Source: a virus
Reading direction: 5' to 3' (one strand)
Virus record (IMG/VR): IMGVR_UViG_3300020202_000078
DNA length: 64,000 nucleotides
Shown: piece after piece, positions 9,036-17,887 of the stretch
Position numbering within the stretch: position 1 is the first letter of the stretch
How the letters are laid out: the number at the start of each line of letters is the position of its first letter
Position numbers and translations under genes: made by a program
Notes under the pieces: model-generated
What the model was told of the DNA's origin: nothing
The model's database searches: none
What the model saw: only the letters and a program-made list of their open reading frames with translations

Positions 9036-9296
9036 TCACCGCTGCGCCTTCGATGGCTCAGCCACCCTCCAAACCCGGAGGCCGCCATCGACCTTGCGCG
9101 TGAGGCACCACGCCGGGCCGCCAATCATTTGCGACTGACGACGGGCAGCCAGCGTCTTCTCCGGGGGGAAAAGAACACTCGCCCCGATGGGAGACTCCAT
9201 CAGCTTCCGGATCACGCCCGCCACGCTTTCAGGGTTTCGGTGGCCGGGACCGGTGCGAGCCGGGATCGGAACGGAGGTTTCGATAGAATAGGTCAT
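9036..9296 (-). CDS. Hypothetical protein
   Basis: RBS AGGAAACAGG before ATG 9296. Confidence 0.5.
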   Translation of the reverse strand: MTYSIETSVPIPARTGPGHRNPESVAGVIRKLMESPIGASVLFPPEKTLAARRQSQMIGGPAWCLTRKVDGGLRVWRVAEPSKAQR

Positions 9297-9396
9297 TCGC
9301 CTGTTTCCTGCGAATACTGGTTGTTGGGGATGGTGCGGGCTACGGCACCGCATCCACGCTGAGGCGGTTGCTCTTGGCCCGGGAGGCACACCTTCA

Positions 9397-9756
9397 TCAC
9401 CCCCTCCCTACGGAGGAGGAGACAGACCGCGCGGGCAGGTGAAGAAACAGCTCGGGCTCTACCGGCTTGCCGCCGTACTCGACGTCTGCATCCCAGTAGC
9501 CGCCGTCGTCGGGGAACCACGCCGCGAACAGCAGGTCTCCCTTGACGGACACCAGCACGGGGTTACCGTCCTTGAGCTTGTCGGGGCACTCGCTGATCGG
9601 GCGCCAAGAGTGACGGAACTTGAACCGCCGCAGGTCGCGCAGTTCCTTGGCGTAGGGCTCGAAGGCGTCGCCTATGGCGCGGGCAAAAGCGCCGCCCGGC
9701 TTCATGGACGCCTCAAGGCCCGCACGCACGCCGTCTCCAATCGGGTCGCGTGCCAT
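9397..9756 (-). CDS. DUF551-like protein
   Basis: WRPISECPDKLKDGNPVLV...AAWF..GYW. Confidence 0.45.
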   Translation of the reverse strand: MARDPIGDGVRAGLEASMKPGGAFARAIGDAFEPYAKELRDLRRFKFRHSWRPISECPDKLKDGNPVLVSVKGDLLFAAWFPDDGGYWDADVEYGGKPVEPELFLHLPARSVSSSVGRG

Positions 9757-10017
9757 CTACCCAACCTCCGCCAGCGTGGAGACAGGGGCGGGGGGCTTGG
9801 CTGCTTGCGCAGCTTTCCACTCAGGGAAATCCGGGAAGTCGGCGGGGCGACCAGCTTGGTTCCAGGCGATGTTCCAGTGGGCGACTTCGCGCTTTGCTGC
9901 GGGACCGCGCGCCTTGCGATAGATTTCCCGCCGGCGCTGCCACTCAGGGTCGCTCATGCTGGCGATAAGCCGAGCCTGCCGAGCGGGCGCGTGCTTCCAG
10001 GCGTTTCCGACGCTCAT
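9757..10017 (-). CDS. Hypothetical protein
   Basis: ORF. Confidence 0.45.
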   Translation of the reverse strand: MSVGNAWKHAPARQARLIASMSDPEWQRRREIYRKARGPAAKREVAHWNIAWNQAGRPADFPDFPEWKAAQAAKPPAPVSTLAEVG

Positions 10018-10212
10018 CTACGCCACCGCCATTTCAGAGACGGGAGCAGCGAGGGCGCGGGCTTCCCGCCAAGCGTTCCGGTATTGGTTGTCTGGAGCGT
10101 CCCAATCACCACTCAGGCGGCGGCGAATGGTGACCTCGTGATTGTGGCGGGCGACCTCGGCGAACAGCTCGCGGTGAGCCCAGGCGAAGGCGACGTTTTC
10201 AGCGGGGGTCAT
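10018..10212 (-). CDS. Hypothetical protein
   Basis: ORF. Confidence 0.4.
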   Translation of the reverse strand: MTPAENVAFAWAHRELFAEVARHNHEVTIRRRLSGDWDAPDNQYRNAWREARALAAPVSEMAVA

Positions 10213-10477
10213 GCTGAATGTCCTTTTCCAGGTGACGGCGGGTGAGGAAGCGGACGACCTTGCCGTCTTGCTCTGCGCACATGCGAATGGAGGCGGCGAC
10301 AGCGAGAAGCCCGAAGGTGGCGCGCAGCTCGAAGGCGGCCAGCTCTGCGTCCTCGGCTAGGTTGCCCAGGCGCGCTGTTGAAGGCCCGGACCGCATGGCG
10401 GCGACCTGCTCGGCGAGGGCCATGAGCTGGCGTTCGGCGCTCTCCAGGTGGAGTTCCAGCGCGGTCATGCGCGGCAC
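10199..10477 (-). CDS. Hypothetical protein
   Basis: ORF. Confidence 0.45.
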   Translation of the reverse strand: MPRMTALELHLESAERQLMALAEQVAAMRSGPSTARLGNLAEDAELAAFELRATFGLLAVAASIRMCAEQDGKVVRFLTRRHLEKDIQHDPR

Positions 10478-10788
10478 CCTTGATGAATGGCAGCGGGTCC
10501 AGCGACGGCGCGCGTGGCCCGGCGAACGCGGGCGATGGCGTCACGAACCCGCTGGCGGGTGGTGGCGGGCTTGATCGACATGGACAGGGGCCACCGATCC
10601 GCTTGCGCGCGACGGTGCGCATCGAGGCAGATGCGGACGCCCGCTAGCGCCTGCCGGTACTCGACGCCAGCCGGGCCAAGCATCCGAAGCGTGGAGCCGA
10701 TGAAGCGGTGACCGGCCTCGGTGTGCGGGATGATGGTGACCCCGCTGAGCGTGCGCTGCGGGGCGGGGGTGTCGGTGTCGAAGGGCAT
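10465..10788 (-). CDS. First gene of the early-left operon, hypothetical
   Basis: Immediately downstream of the OL operators. Confidence 0.5.
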   Translation of the reverse strand: MPFDTDTPAPQRTLSGVTIIPHTEAGHRFIGSTLRMLGPAGVEYRQALAGVRICLDAHRRAQADRWPLSMSIKPATTRQRVRDAIARVRRATRAVAGPAAIHQGCRA

Positions 10789-10813
10789 CGGTCTCTCCGG
10801 GGTATGGAGAGAC

Positions 10814-10855
10814 TATGCAAAACGCATATTACAGCGTCAAGTGCAAAATGCATAT
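10814..10855. promoter_or_regulatory. OL-like operator pair (TATGCAAAACGCATA palindrome and TGCAAAATGCATAT)
   Basis: Same motif recurs twice at 12336-12378 next to cI/cro. Confidence 0.65.
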
Positions 10856-10895
10856 TTCGTCATGATAGGGGTCGGACAGCGATTGGGAGGTAGGG

Positions 10896-11621
10896 TTGAT
10901 GATCTGGGCTTTGGTCGCCGCCGAGGTTGTTTGCGGATCACCAGCGGACATTCCGCCACTCCCGCAAACCCACACCGACTTGGTCGTGGAGCGAAACTAC
11001 AAGGCCGGGGAGGCCGTGACGGCGGTCGTTGGCCAAACGGTGGTGCGTGCCAAGAGCTTGTACGTCACTACCTCATACAGTTGGAGCTGGGTGACGGACC
11101 GCGATGTCACGATTACGTCCCAAAAGTTCACGCTCTTCCTGCCGGCCGGCAGCAAACTCAAGAGCATGGATCGCCGCCGGAGCGCGAGCGGTGCGGTTGT
11201 CGAAATCGCTGCAGCGCGGCAGTACAGCGACAGAACAATAGCGGCCCTTCAGCTCGACGGCGCCGGCTGTGTGGCGGATCATTACGCGTTCACTCTGCGC
11301 AATGGCGCCTGGCGCGAACACAAAAATCCGACACTGTTCACGCCGGAGAAGCCGAAGCTGACGCGGCAGCTGGTGGCGACGAAAGCGTCAGTCCCTGGGA
11401 CGTTGAACTACGAGATCATCTACGTAGGCCAAGATGGGCCGTCTATCCGGTTTGAGTATCGGGAATACACAGCTGACGACCTCGCTAGGCCGGCATTCTC
11501 GCAAACCTTGGCCTATCCGAAAGGTGCCCAGCGATTCCGTTTTCGCGACGTTGCCTTTCAAGTTCTCAGTCTGAAAGATGACGAGATAACAGTTCGGATC
11601 ACGCCGTCAGAAGGTGATTAG
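10896..11621 (+). CDS. Secreted or lipoprotein-like moron of unknown function between OL and cI (candidate superinfection exclusion or lysogenic conversion gene)
   Basis: N-terminal signal-like MMIWALVAAEVVCGS; position equivalent to rexAB/sieB. Confidence 0.55.
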   Translation: MMIWALVAAEVVCGSPADIPPLPQTHTDLVVERNYKAGEAVTAVVGQTVVRAKSLYVTTSYSWSWVTDRDVTITSQKFTLFLPAGSKLKSMDRRRSASGAVVEIAAARQYSDRTIAALQLDGAGCVADHYAFTLRNGAWREHKNPTLFTPEKPKLTRQLVATKASVPGTLNYEIIYVGQDGPSIRFEYREYTADDLARPAFSQTLAYPKGAQRFRFRDVAFQVLSLKDDEITVRITPSEGD

Positions 11622-12311
11622 CGGACGCTGTTGAATAGGTCGCACTGTGTAAGACGAGACCACCACACCGATGATTTCCGGGCCGTCATCCGCGTCTCGA
11701 ACGCTATCGATCCGAATGGGTTCTTGGAACGCCGGGTCGCTGGACCTTGGCCACAGGGCGACGCCCCGCTTTTCCTTGACCACTTCCTTGAGGGTTGTCT
11801 CCACAAGCCCTCCGCGACGGCGGCGCACCACAACGTGGTCACCCTCGCGCACGCCGATTTCTGCAGCTGGGCACACCACCACCATCGTCCCGTCGGGATA
11901 ATGCTGGTCCATGGAAGGTCCACGCACCCGCAAGGCGAACAACTGGGCGCCCTCAAAGCCCGCTAGATGGATCGGGATGACTTCCGGGTCGTCGGGCTCG
12001 TCGAAGACTTCAGCGAACACGCCAGCCTGTATCACGCCGATCACGGGCACCATTCGCGTGACCGCACGCATCCCGACTGGCGGAGACGGGGGCGGCATCT
12101 CGTCCAGGTCGCCGCGTCCGTAAAGGAGCCACTCGGGGGAGACGCGGAAGAACTTGCCGTAGCGCTCGGCCCGGCCAGCCGGGATCCCCCGCAACTTCCC
12201 CTCATGCTGGCTGTAAGTCGGGTAGGGGACGCCCATCGCCTCGGCCGCTGCCTTAGCGCTAGCGTAGCCTGCGCGCTCTCGCGCCAGCCGCAGCCGATCC
12301 CCCGGTTCCAT
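11607..12311 (-). CDS. cI: cI/LexA-like repressor (XRE HTH plus S24 peptidase domain)
   Basis: HTH LARERAGYASAKAAAEAMGV; C-terminal S24 region with GPSMDQHYPDGTMVVV. Confidence 0.8.
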   Translation of the reverse strand: MEPGDRLRLARERAGYASAKAAAEAMGVPYPTYSQHEGKLRGIPAGRAERYGKFFRVSPEWLLYGRGDLDEMPPPSPPVGMRAVTRMVPVIGVIQAGVFAEVFDEPDDPEVIPIHLAGFEGAQLFALRVRGPSMDQHYPDGTMVVVCPAAEIGVREGDHVVVRRRRGGLVETTLKEVVKEKRGVALWPRSSDPAFQEPIRIDSVRDADDGPEIIGVVVSSYTVRPIQQRPLITF

Positions 12312-12335
12312 GGCATCACGCCTTAGATCATCGGA

Positions 12336-12378
12336 ATATGCAAAAGGCAGTTGCGAAGCGGGTCTGCAAAATGCATAT
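12336..12378. promoter_or_regulatory. OR-like operator pair (ATATGCAAAAGGCAG; TGCAAAATGCATAT) between cI and cro
   Basis: Motif shared with OL. Confidence 0.65.
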
Positions 12379-12386
12379 TCACCGTC

Positions 12387-12617
12387 ATGCGCACCCATCA
12401 GGACATCATCCGGGACGCCGGGCCGCAGAAAATCCATGAGGCGGTCGGGTTTACGGGCCAGCTGAACACCGTCTTGTCGTGGCGGCAGCGAAACAGCATC
12501 CCGCGCGAGCACTGGGCGGCCCTGGCCGACGCGAAGATCGCGAGCCTCAAGGAGTTGGCGCTGGCTGCGCCGCCCCGGAAGCGGCGCTCCGCGTCACCGT
12601 CGCAGGTGGCCGCCTGA
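12387..12617 (+). CDS. cro: Cro-like small HTH regulator
   Basis: Divergent from cI; P22 Cro-like topology (..LSWRQRNSIP..). Confidence 0.55.
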   Translation: MRTHQDIIRDAGPQKIHEAVGFTGQLNTVLSWRQRNSIPREHWAALADAKIASLKELALAAPPRKRRSASPSQVAA

Positions 12618-12726
12618 TGCCCCTCGCTCCACACACCTCGCCTCGCGCTGTCCATGCCCAATTTGTGGCGCAGCCAAGCCGGGCAGTCACGTTCCATCGC
12701 CCGCCAAAATTGAACGGTGAAGCACA

Positions 12727-13197
12727 ATGACCAAGGTCCGCGCTCCCTCAACCTTCGAAGACGCCATCGACCGGATCGTTGGGCGCATCACCATTGCTAA
12801 GGCGGCCGAGGTCGTCGGCAAAGGCGAACGGGTGATCCGGTACTGGTCGGACCCTGACGCCAATCGGTCGCCGTCTATCGAAGAAGCGGCGCTGCTGGAT
12901 GCGGCCTATCTGGAGGCCGGAGGCGGCGAACCGCCGATCTTGGCAGTCTATCAACTCCTCCTCGACCGCAGGGTAACCCCACCGGCCGATAGCGCGGAAC
13001 TCGCCAAGGTCAGTGGGGTGCTTGCTAAGGAGGTGGGGGAGGGGCTGGCCGCCTTGTTCAAGGCCTCTCAGCCCGGATCAACGCAGGCTGATCGGATGAT
13101 CGCTGAGCGGGAGCTGACAGACGTCGGGGAGGCTCTGAACTCCAGCCTTCGCGTCCTTGGCTCCCCTGCGAACGTGACGCCGCTGAGGTCCGCATGA
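12727..13197 (+). CDS. Putative CII-like transcriptional regulator
   Basis: HTH-like ITIAKAAEVVGKGERVIRYWS; position after cro. Confidence 0.4.
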   Translation: MTKVRAPSTFEDAIDRIVGRITIAKAAEVVGKGERVIRYWSDPDANRSPSIEEAALLDAAYLEAGGGEPPILAVYQLLLDRRVTPPADSAELAKVSGVLAKEVGEGLAALFKASQPGSTQADRMIAERELTDVGEALNSSLRVLGSPANVTPLRSA

Positions 13198-13313
13198 CCG
13201 CACTCGCCATCATCGGCCTGATCCTCGTGGCCCCCGCCGTCCTGTCTCTGGCCCTGGCGGCCTTGGTCGCCCTTATGGGTGCGGCGGCCAAGATGCAGGG
13301 GCATGGCCCATGA
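13194..13313 (+). CDS. Small hydrophobic peptide (single TM)
   Basis: ATGA overlaps on both sides; MTALAIIGLILVAPAVLSLALAALVAL. Confidence 0.35.
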   Translation: MTALAIIGLILVAPAVLSLALAALVALMGAAAKMQGHGP

Positions 13314-13483
13314 TAGCAGTCCGCTGGGAATGCCCGTCAGCGTACGCCGAGATTCTCGCGCTTCAAAGCCGGCGGGACGAGCTGGCTCGTAAGCTGGTCG
13401 GCCACCCGAAGAACCGCGCCACCTTGGGCAAGCTTACCCATGAGCAATTGCGGGTCCAAGTCGGCAAAGGCCTGCCGACATGA
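13310..13483 (+). CDS. Small hypothetical protein
   Basis: Coupled 57-aa ORF. Confidence 0.35.
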   Translation: MIAVRWECPSAYAEILALQSRRDELARKLVGHPKNRATLGKLTHEQLRVQVGKGLPT

Positions 13484-13848
13484 AGCGCCCCGAGGAAGCC
13501 CTACAGCGCCAAGTCGCTTCCTACCTGAACGCGGTGCCCGGCCTGCTGTGGTGGGCGACTGCCAACCAGCGCGGCACCCGCTCACGCGCGGAAATGGGTG
13601 TTCTGAAAGCCATGGGCGTCCGCCCCGGCGTCCCCGATATCTGCCTAATCCTACCCGGCGGCAAGATCGGTCTTCTGGAGCTGAAGGCCGCCAAGGGCCG
13701 GCTGTCCGAGCATCAACGCGGATTCATCGACGCTGCCATGTCCAAGGGTGCCCTTGTCGGCGTCTGCTACTCGCTGACGGACGTCGCCGATCACCTGAAC
13801 ACTTGGCTTGGCCCCTACGGCTACCGTGTCCCGAGGTTGGCGGCATGA
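13480..13848 (+). CDS. VRR-NUC domain nuclease
   Basis: VASYL...PDICLILPGGKIGLLELKAAKGRLSEHQ..F. Confidence 0.75.
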   Translation: MKRPEEALQRQVASYLNAVPGLLWWATANQRGTRSRAEMGVLKAMGVRPGVPDICLILPGGKIGLLELKAAKGRLSEHQRGFIDAAMSKGALVGVCYSLTDVADHLNTWLGPYGYRVPRLAA

Positions 13849-14234
13849 AGCGCGAAACCGTCCCCATCGGCCGCAAGCAACCCGAATGGATCGGCGCGAC
13901 GCCTGACTCCGCTATCCCCGACCGGGTGCGCCTCCGCGTGTTCCAGCGCTACGGCGGGCGCTGCTACCTGTCCAAGGCCGTGATCCGCCCCGGCGACGCC
14001 TGGGACATCGAGCACATCATCCCCCTGTCTATTGATGCGACCGGCAACCGGGAGGGGAACCTCGCCCCGGCCTTGAAGGCGCCTCACGTCGAGAAGACCG
14101 CGCAGGACCGCCGCGACAAGGCCAAGGCCGACCGGCTAGCCAAGAAGCACTTCGGCATCGGCCAGCCCAAAACCGGCGGGTTCACGGGCTGGCGCAAGTT
14201 CGACGGAACCGTTGTCAGGAAGGTTGTCCGTTGA
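13845..14234 (+). CDS. HNH endonuclease
   Basis: RVFQRYGGRCYLS...EHIIPLS...GNL. Confidence 0.75.
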   Translation: MKRETVPIGRKQPEWIGATPDSAIPDRVRLRVFQRYGGRCYLSKAVIRPGDAWDIEHIIPLSIDATGNREGNLAPALKAPHVEKTAQDRRDKAKADRLAKKHFGIGQPKTGGFTGWRKFDGTVVRKVVR

Positions 14235-14524
14235 CCAACATCAACCCCCCCCTTCACCCCGACCGCCTGGCTGACTCCTGGCCCAAGGTAGAGGCTGACA
14301 TAGCCCGGCAGGAGCGGCGCAGGAACTCGCCTGAGCCGCCGCCAGAGCCTACCAAGGCCGACGACCACCCCGGCTGGACCGATGATCGCCTAGCCACCCT
14401 GGAGCGGATGTATCTCCAGGGTAAGACCTTCGAGCAGATGGGTCGCAAGCTCGGCATTTCCAAGGTCGCTGCCTATCGAAAGATCAGACGTCTTGGTTGG
14501 GAAGGTCGGAGGGTAGCGCAGTGA
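14231..14524 (+). CDS. GcrA-like cell-cycle regulator N-terminal domain protein
   Basis: WTDDRLATLERMYLQGKTFEQMGRKLGISKVAAYRKIRRLG resembles the GcrA DNA-binding domain. Confidence 0.6.
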   Translation: MTNINPPLHPDRLADSWPKVEADIARQERRRNSPEPPPEPTKADDHPGWTDDRLATLERMYLQGKTFEQMGRKLGISKVAAYRKIRRLGWEGRRVAQ

Positions 14525-14949
14525 TCCTCCGCTCACTCTGGAAAGGCGAAATCAACAATCCCGAGTATGCACTGGCGCCGTCGGATGCGGACGTGCTGCG
14601 TGCTGTCATCTCGGAAATCTGCGTTCGGCACCAGGTTTCCGAGACCGAGCTTGCCAGTCTAAGCCGCACCCAGCGCGTCGCCCAGGCGCGTCAGGAGGCA
14701 TATTTCCGGCTCTATGAGATCCGGTATGCCGGCGGCCGGCGCCGCTTCTCCACGATCAAGATTGGCGCCCACTTCGGTCGGGATCACTCGACGATCCTGC
14801 ACGGCATCGAGGCATTCAAGCGTCGGCAGGGTGCCCCGGCAAAGCCTAAGCGGGTCAAGCCGCAACAGGCGTCCCGGCCCGCGCCCCTTGAGGTGCTGCT
14901 GGCCAAGCGCTTCCGGCGGATCGTTGCCGAGAAGGGCTGTGTGGCATGA
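14521..14949 (+). CDS. DnaA domain-IV-like HTH protein
   Basis: RVAQARQEAYFRLYEIRYAGGRRRFSTIKIGAHFGRDHSTILHG; GTG start overlaps the upstream stop. Confidence 0.55.
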   Translation: MILRSLWKGEINNPEYALAPSDADVLRAVISEICVRHQVSETELASLSRTQRVAQARQEAYFRLYEIRYAGGRRRFSTIKIGAHFGRDHSTILHGIEAFKRRQGAPAKPKRVKPQQASRPAPLEVLLAKRFRRIVAEKGCVA

Positions 14950-15731
14950 GACAGTCACTCTCCAAGAAGCTCAGGTTCGAAGTGTTCAAGCGCGACCGCT
15001 TCACCTGCCAATATTGCGGGGCAAAAGCGCCGGACGCGGTGCTTAATTGCGACCACGTTCACCCCGTCGCGGAAGGCGGGACGAACGATATCCTGAACCT
15101 TGTAACCGCCTGCGAGGCCTGCAATGGCGGCAAGGGCGCGCGGCTTCTCGATGACCGTTCGGCGGTGGACCGCCAGCGGGCGCAGATCGAGGAACTTCAG
15201 CAGCGCCGCGAGCAGCTTGAGATGATGCTGGAGTGGCGGGACGCGGAGGAAGTTTCCCGCGTCGATACCGTCGAGGAGATTTCCAAGCGTATCCAAGATC
15301 GAGGCGGCTTTCCGCCGAACGAGAACGGCAGGAACAATATCAGGCGCTGGCTAAGAACCTATTCTCTCGCTGAGCTGCTGACTTCTCTGGACGAGTGCTT
15401 TGATCGCTACATGCTTTGGGACGGTGATGAGCCGGATGAAACGGGGTGGAACTTAGCGTTCAAGAAGATCCCCGTTCAGGCGGGGTATAATCGGCGCGGA
15501 GCCGAAAAGCCCTACCTCGCCAAGCTGGCCTACATCCAAGGCATCCTGCGGAACCGCTGCGGTGACAAGCGGGAGAAATTCTTGGTCGAGCTTGAGGACA
15601 TCCATCTCTGGGGAATCCCCCTGGAAGTGATGGAGGAGTCTGCCAAGCGCGTCACCGACTTCGAGGATTACTGGAACGAAATGGTCGGCCTCGCCGAGGC
15701 GATCCGGGAGGCGGACAGTGGCGCGGATTAG
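14946..15731 (+). CDS. HNH endonuclease with C-terminal extension
   Basis: RFEVFKRDRFTCQYCG...DHVHPVAEGG...NLVTACEACN. Confidence 0.75.
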   Translation: MRQSLSKKLRFEVFKRDRFTCQYCGAKAPDAVLNCDHVHPVAEGGTNDILNLVTACEACNGGKGARLLDDRSAVDRQRAQIEELQQRREQLEMMLEWRDAEEVSRVDTVEEISKRIQDRGGFPPNENGRNNIRRWLRTYSLAELLTSLDECFDRYMLWDGDEPDETGWNLAFKKIPVQAGYNRRGAEKPYLAKLAYIQGILRNRCGDKREKFLVELEDIHLWGIPLEVMEESAKRVTDFEDYWNEMVGLAEAIREADSGAD

Positions 15732-16719
15732 ATCAATTCACCCCGGCATCTACACTGACGAGGCGTGGGCCAGTGTGTCTATCGCTGCACGATGGCTGGC
15801 CAAGGGCATCTGCACTGAAGCGGATGACAACGGCGTATTCGAGTGGAAGCCGCTTCAGCTCAAGATGCGCATCTTCCCGGCCGATTCCGTGGATGTGGTG
15901 ACCCTGCTCGCCGAGCTGGAATCGGCCGGCATCGTCATGCGCTTCACGGCCGATGGAAAGCCGTTGGGCGCGGTGCGGAATTTCTGCAAGTACCAGCGCC
16001 CCCGCAAGCCCAAGGCTTGGTTTCCGATCACCGATGAAGCGCGGACATTTGTCGCTCTCGGCTCTGAAGGTCCGGAGCCGGCCGATGATGAAGTGACGCC
16101 AGTTCCGAAAAAGTCCGAACTCGCCCCGGTTAAAGCCGATGAAGTTCCGCACGAGTCCGAAAAGCCTCCGCAGATGGAGGATGGAGTAGGAGGAGGTAGA
16201 GGGAAGGAAGAGGAGGAAGCTAACGCTTCCTTGTCGCCGAGGGCGACGAAACGCCCGTATCCGGAGGCGTTTGAGATCGCTTGGAAGGCCTATCCGCACA
16301 CGAAGGGTCGATCCTCAAAGCCGGAGACCCTCAAGCTGTGGAGAAAACTTCCCCCCGACGAGCAACAAGCCCTGGCAGGGGCCGCGAGATCGTTCGCGGG
16401 GAAGGTCGGAACCGTTTGCGGCGACAAGGGCGCCCCGGACATGGCCGAGTGGCTCCGGAAGGGCAAACACGCCGACTGGATCGATTTTGGGAGCAACGTC
16501 GCGCCAATCCGCCCCTTTGGTGGACCGCCCGAGGTCCGACAGGCAATCGCCACGGCAAAGGGGGAAGGCTTCGCCGCCGCCTATGTGGACCCTTGCGGAT
16601 GGGACGCTGAGAACCGCTGTCTGATCGCCCGAACGGAGACCGCCGCCAAGGCGCTCAAGTCCGAAGCGGGGGCCGTTCTGGCGGCTCGACAAGTCACCGT
16701 TGCGAAGGCCGCAGCATGA
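15718..16719 (+). CDS. Putative replication initiation / replisome organizer protein
   Basis: Winged-helix-like N-terminus and acidic linker; lies in the replication module after the DnaA-like gene. Confidence 0.4.
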   Translation: MARIRSIHPGIYTDEAWASVSIAARWLAKGICTEADDNGVFEWKPLQLKMRIFPADSVDVVTLLAELESAGIVMRFTADGKPLGAVRNFCKYQRPRKPKAWFPITDEARTFVALGSEGPEPADDEVTPVPKKSELAPVKADEVPHESEKPPQMEDGVGGGRGKEEEEANASLSPRATKRPYPEAFEIAWKAYPHTKGRSSKPETLKLWRKLPPDEQQALAGAARSFAGKVGTVCGDKGAPDMAEWLRKGKHADWIDFGSNVAPIRPFGGPPEVRQAIATAKGEGFAAAYVDPCGWDAENRCLIARTETAAKALKSEAGAVLAARQVTVAKAAA

Positions 16720-16973
16720 CCCGCGAAGAGCGCATCGCCGCCATCAAATCCAGCTCCAATGACTTGGTGATCTACCTCGATGCGATGGCCCGGCAGCTCC
16801 TAGCCCTGGCCCATCCCCAGGCAGACGAGGCGGAGGTTCTGGACCGCCTCGACCGAGCCTTCCGCAATGAGCCCCTAATCCTCCCCCGCTTGGCCAGTCT
16901 AGCTGAACTCGCCCCTCGTACAGCCAAGTCCGGAAGGGACTATGGCGCAGCCGTGAAGGAAGTAGCCGTATGA
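16716..16973 (+). CDS. Hypothetical protein
   Basis: Coupled ORF. Confidence 0.45.
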   Translation: MTREERIAAIKSSSNDLVIYLDAMARQLLALAHPQADEAEVLDRLDRAFRNEPLILPRLASLAELAPRTAKSGRDYGAAVKEVAV

Positions 16974-17233
16974 CCGAGGAAGAAGACCTGTGCCGCACCA
17001 TCACCGAGTTTCGCCGCGTGCTGCCTGGGTGGTGGTTCACGGTCGGCCACTGCAAGCTGACGTCGGACGCATCGTGCGGCCCTGACGCGGGCAATCCGCT
17101 GTGTCGTGTGCCTCGCTTCGACGAGGGCTTTCATGCCGATCTCGAACCGCCTGCCACTTTGGCTGATGCCATGCGTGTCGTGATGGGCGACGCCCTTGAG
17201 GCCAAGGCAGCCGTGAAGGAGATCGCAGCGTGA
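16970..17233 (+). CDS. Hypothetical protein (paralog of 57973-58269; LPGWWF..C..SC.AS.GPD)
   Basis: Shared motif with the right-arm gene. Confidence 0.5.
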   Translation: MTEEEDLCRTITEFRRVLPGWWFTVGHCKLTSDASCGPDAGNPLCRVPRFDEGFHADLEPPATLADAMRVVMGDALEAKAAVKEIAA

Positions 17234-17490
17234 AATTTTCAATCGTGGCCTTTGTGATCGCGCTGCCGCTGGCGGCCTGTGGCTCTGAAGCGTCCCCTTC
17301 CGATGCCTCGGATGGACCAGACCCGAACGTGATCCATGTTGGCGGTTACTGGCATGTGGTGAAAACCTGCGACGCGGGACGCGCGGTCTACATCACGCAC
17401 AGCGACTACAGCGGCGACGGCGGCAACATTTTTGTCGTCCCTGAAGCGCCCGAATGTGCTCCTCGTGACTTCCTGAGGGAGGCCCCATGA
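17230..17490 (+). CDS. Lipoprotein
   Basis: Signal peptide plus lipobox LAAC. Confidence 0.55.
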   Translation: MKFSIVAFVIALPLAACGSEASPSDASDGPDPNVIHVGGYWHVVKTCDAGRAVYITHSDYSGDGGNIFVVPEAPECAPRDFLREAP

Positions 17491-17678
17491 CCTCCCCATC
17501 CCCATCCAAGACAATACCAGAACAGCGGGAGGAAGGCCTCCGCGACCGTTTCGCCATGGCAGCCCTGACCGGGATACTCGCGTGCTTTCGAGACTATCGA
17601 GGAAGCTCAACGACCGAGGGCCGGGCGGTGCTCGCCTACCAGTACGCCGACGCCATGATGAAGGCGAGGGCCAACTGA
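17487..17678 (+). CDS. Hypothetical protein
   Basis: ORF. Confidence 0.4.
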   Translation: MTSPSPSKTIPEQREEGLRDRFAMAALTGILACFRDYRGSSTTEGRAVLAYQYADAMMKARAN

Positions 17679-17887
17679 TGTTTCCAATCGGATACGCAGA
17701 AATCGCGTTCGCGAATGCGATCTCGAGGGTGATGAGGCCGCTCTACGAGCCGGAGAGCCCCGATGCCGCTAAGCAGCGCACCGCGGCTGCTACGCGCGCC
17801 GCTAAGGCGCTAGTGGAAATTCAAGCCATGATGAAGGCGCGCCAAGCCCCGCCCGCACAAATCGACATGGAGCCGAGCAATGACTGA
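17678..17887 (+). CDS. Hypothetical protein
   Basis: ATGA coupling. Confidence 0.4.
   Translation: MFPIGYAEIAFANAISRVMRPLYEPESPDAAKQRTAAATRAAKALVEIQAMMKARQAPPAQIDMEPSND

Noticed and set aside
12617-12726. Near-palindrome TTGTGGCGCAGCCAA between cro and the CII-like gene
   Set aside because: Only the outer 3 bp pair. It is not a convincing operator.
16141-16230. Purine-rich GGAGGA/GAAGGA tract as possible iteron origin
   Set aside because: It is in frame inside 15718-16719 and encodes an acidic Gly/Glu linker (MEDGVGGGRGKEEEEANAS). There are no clear direct repeats of iteron length.
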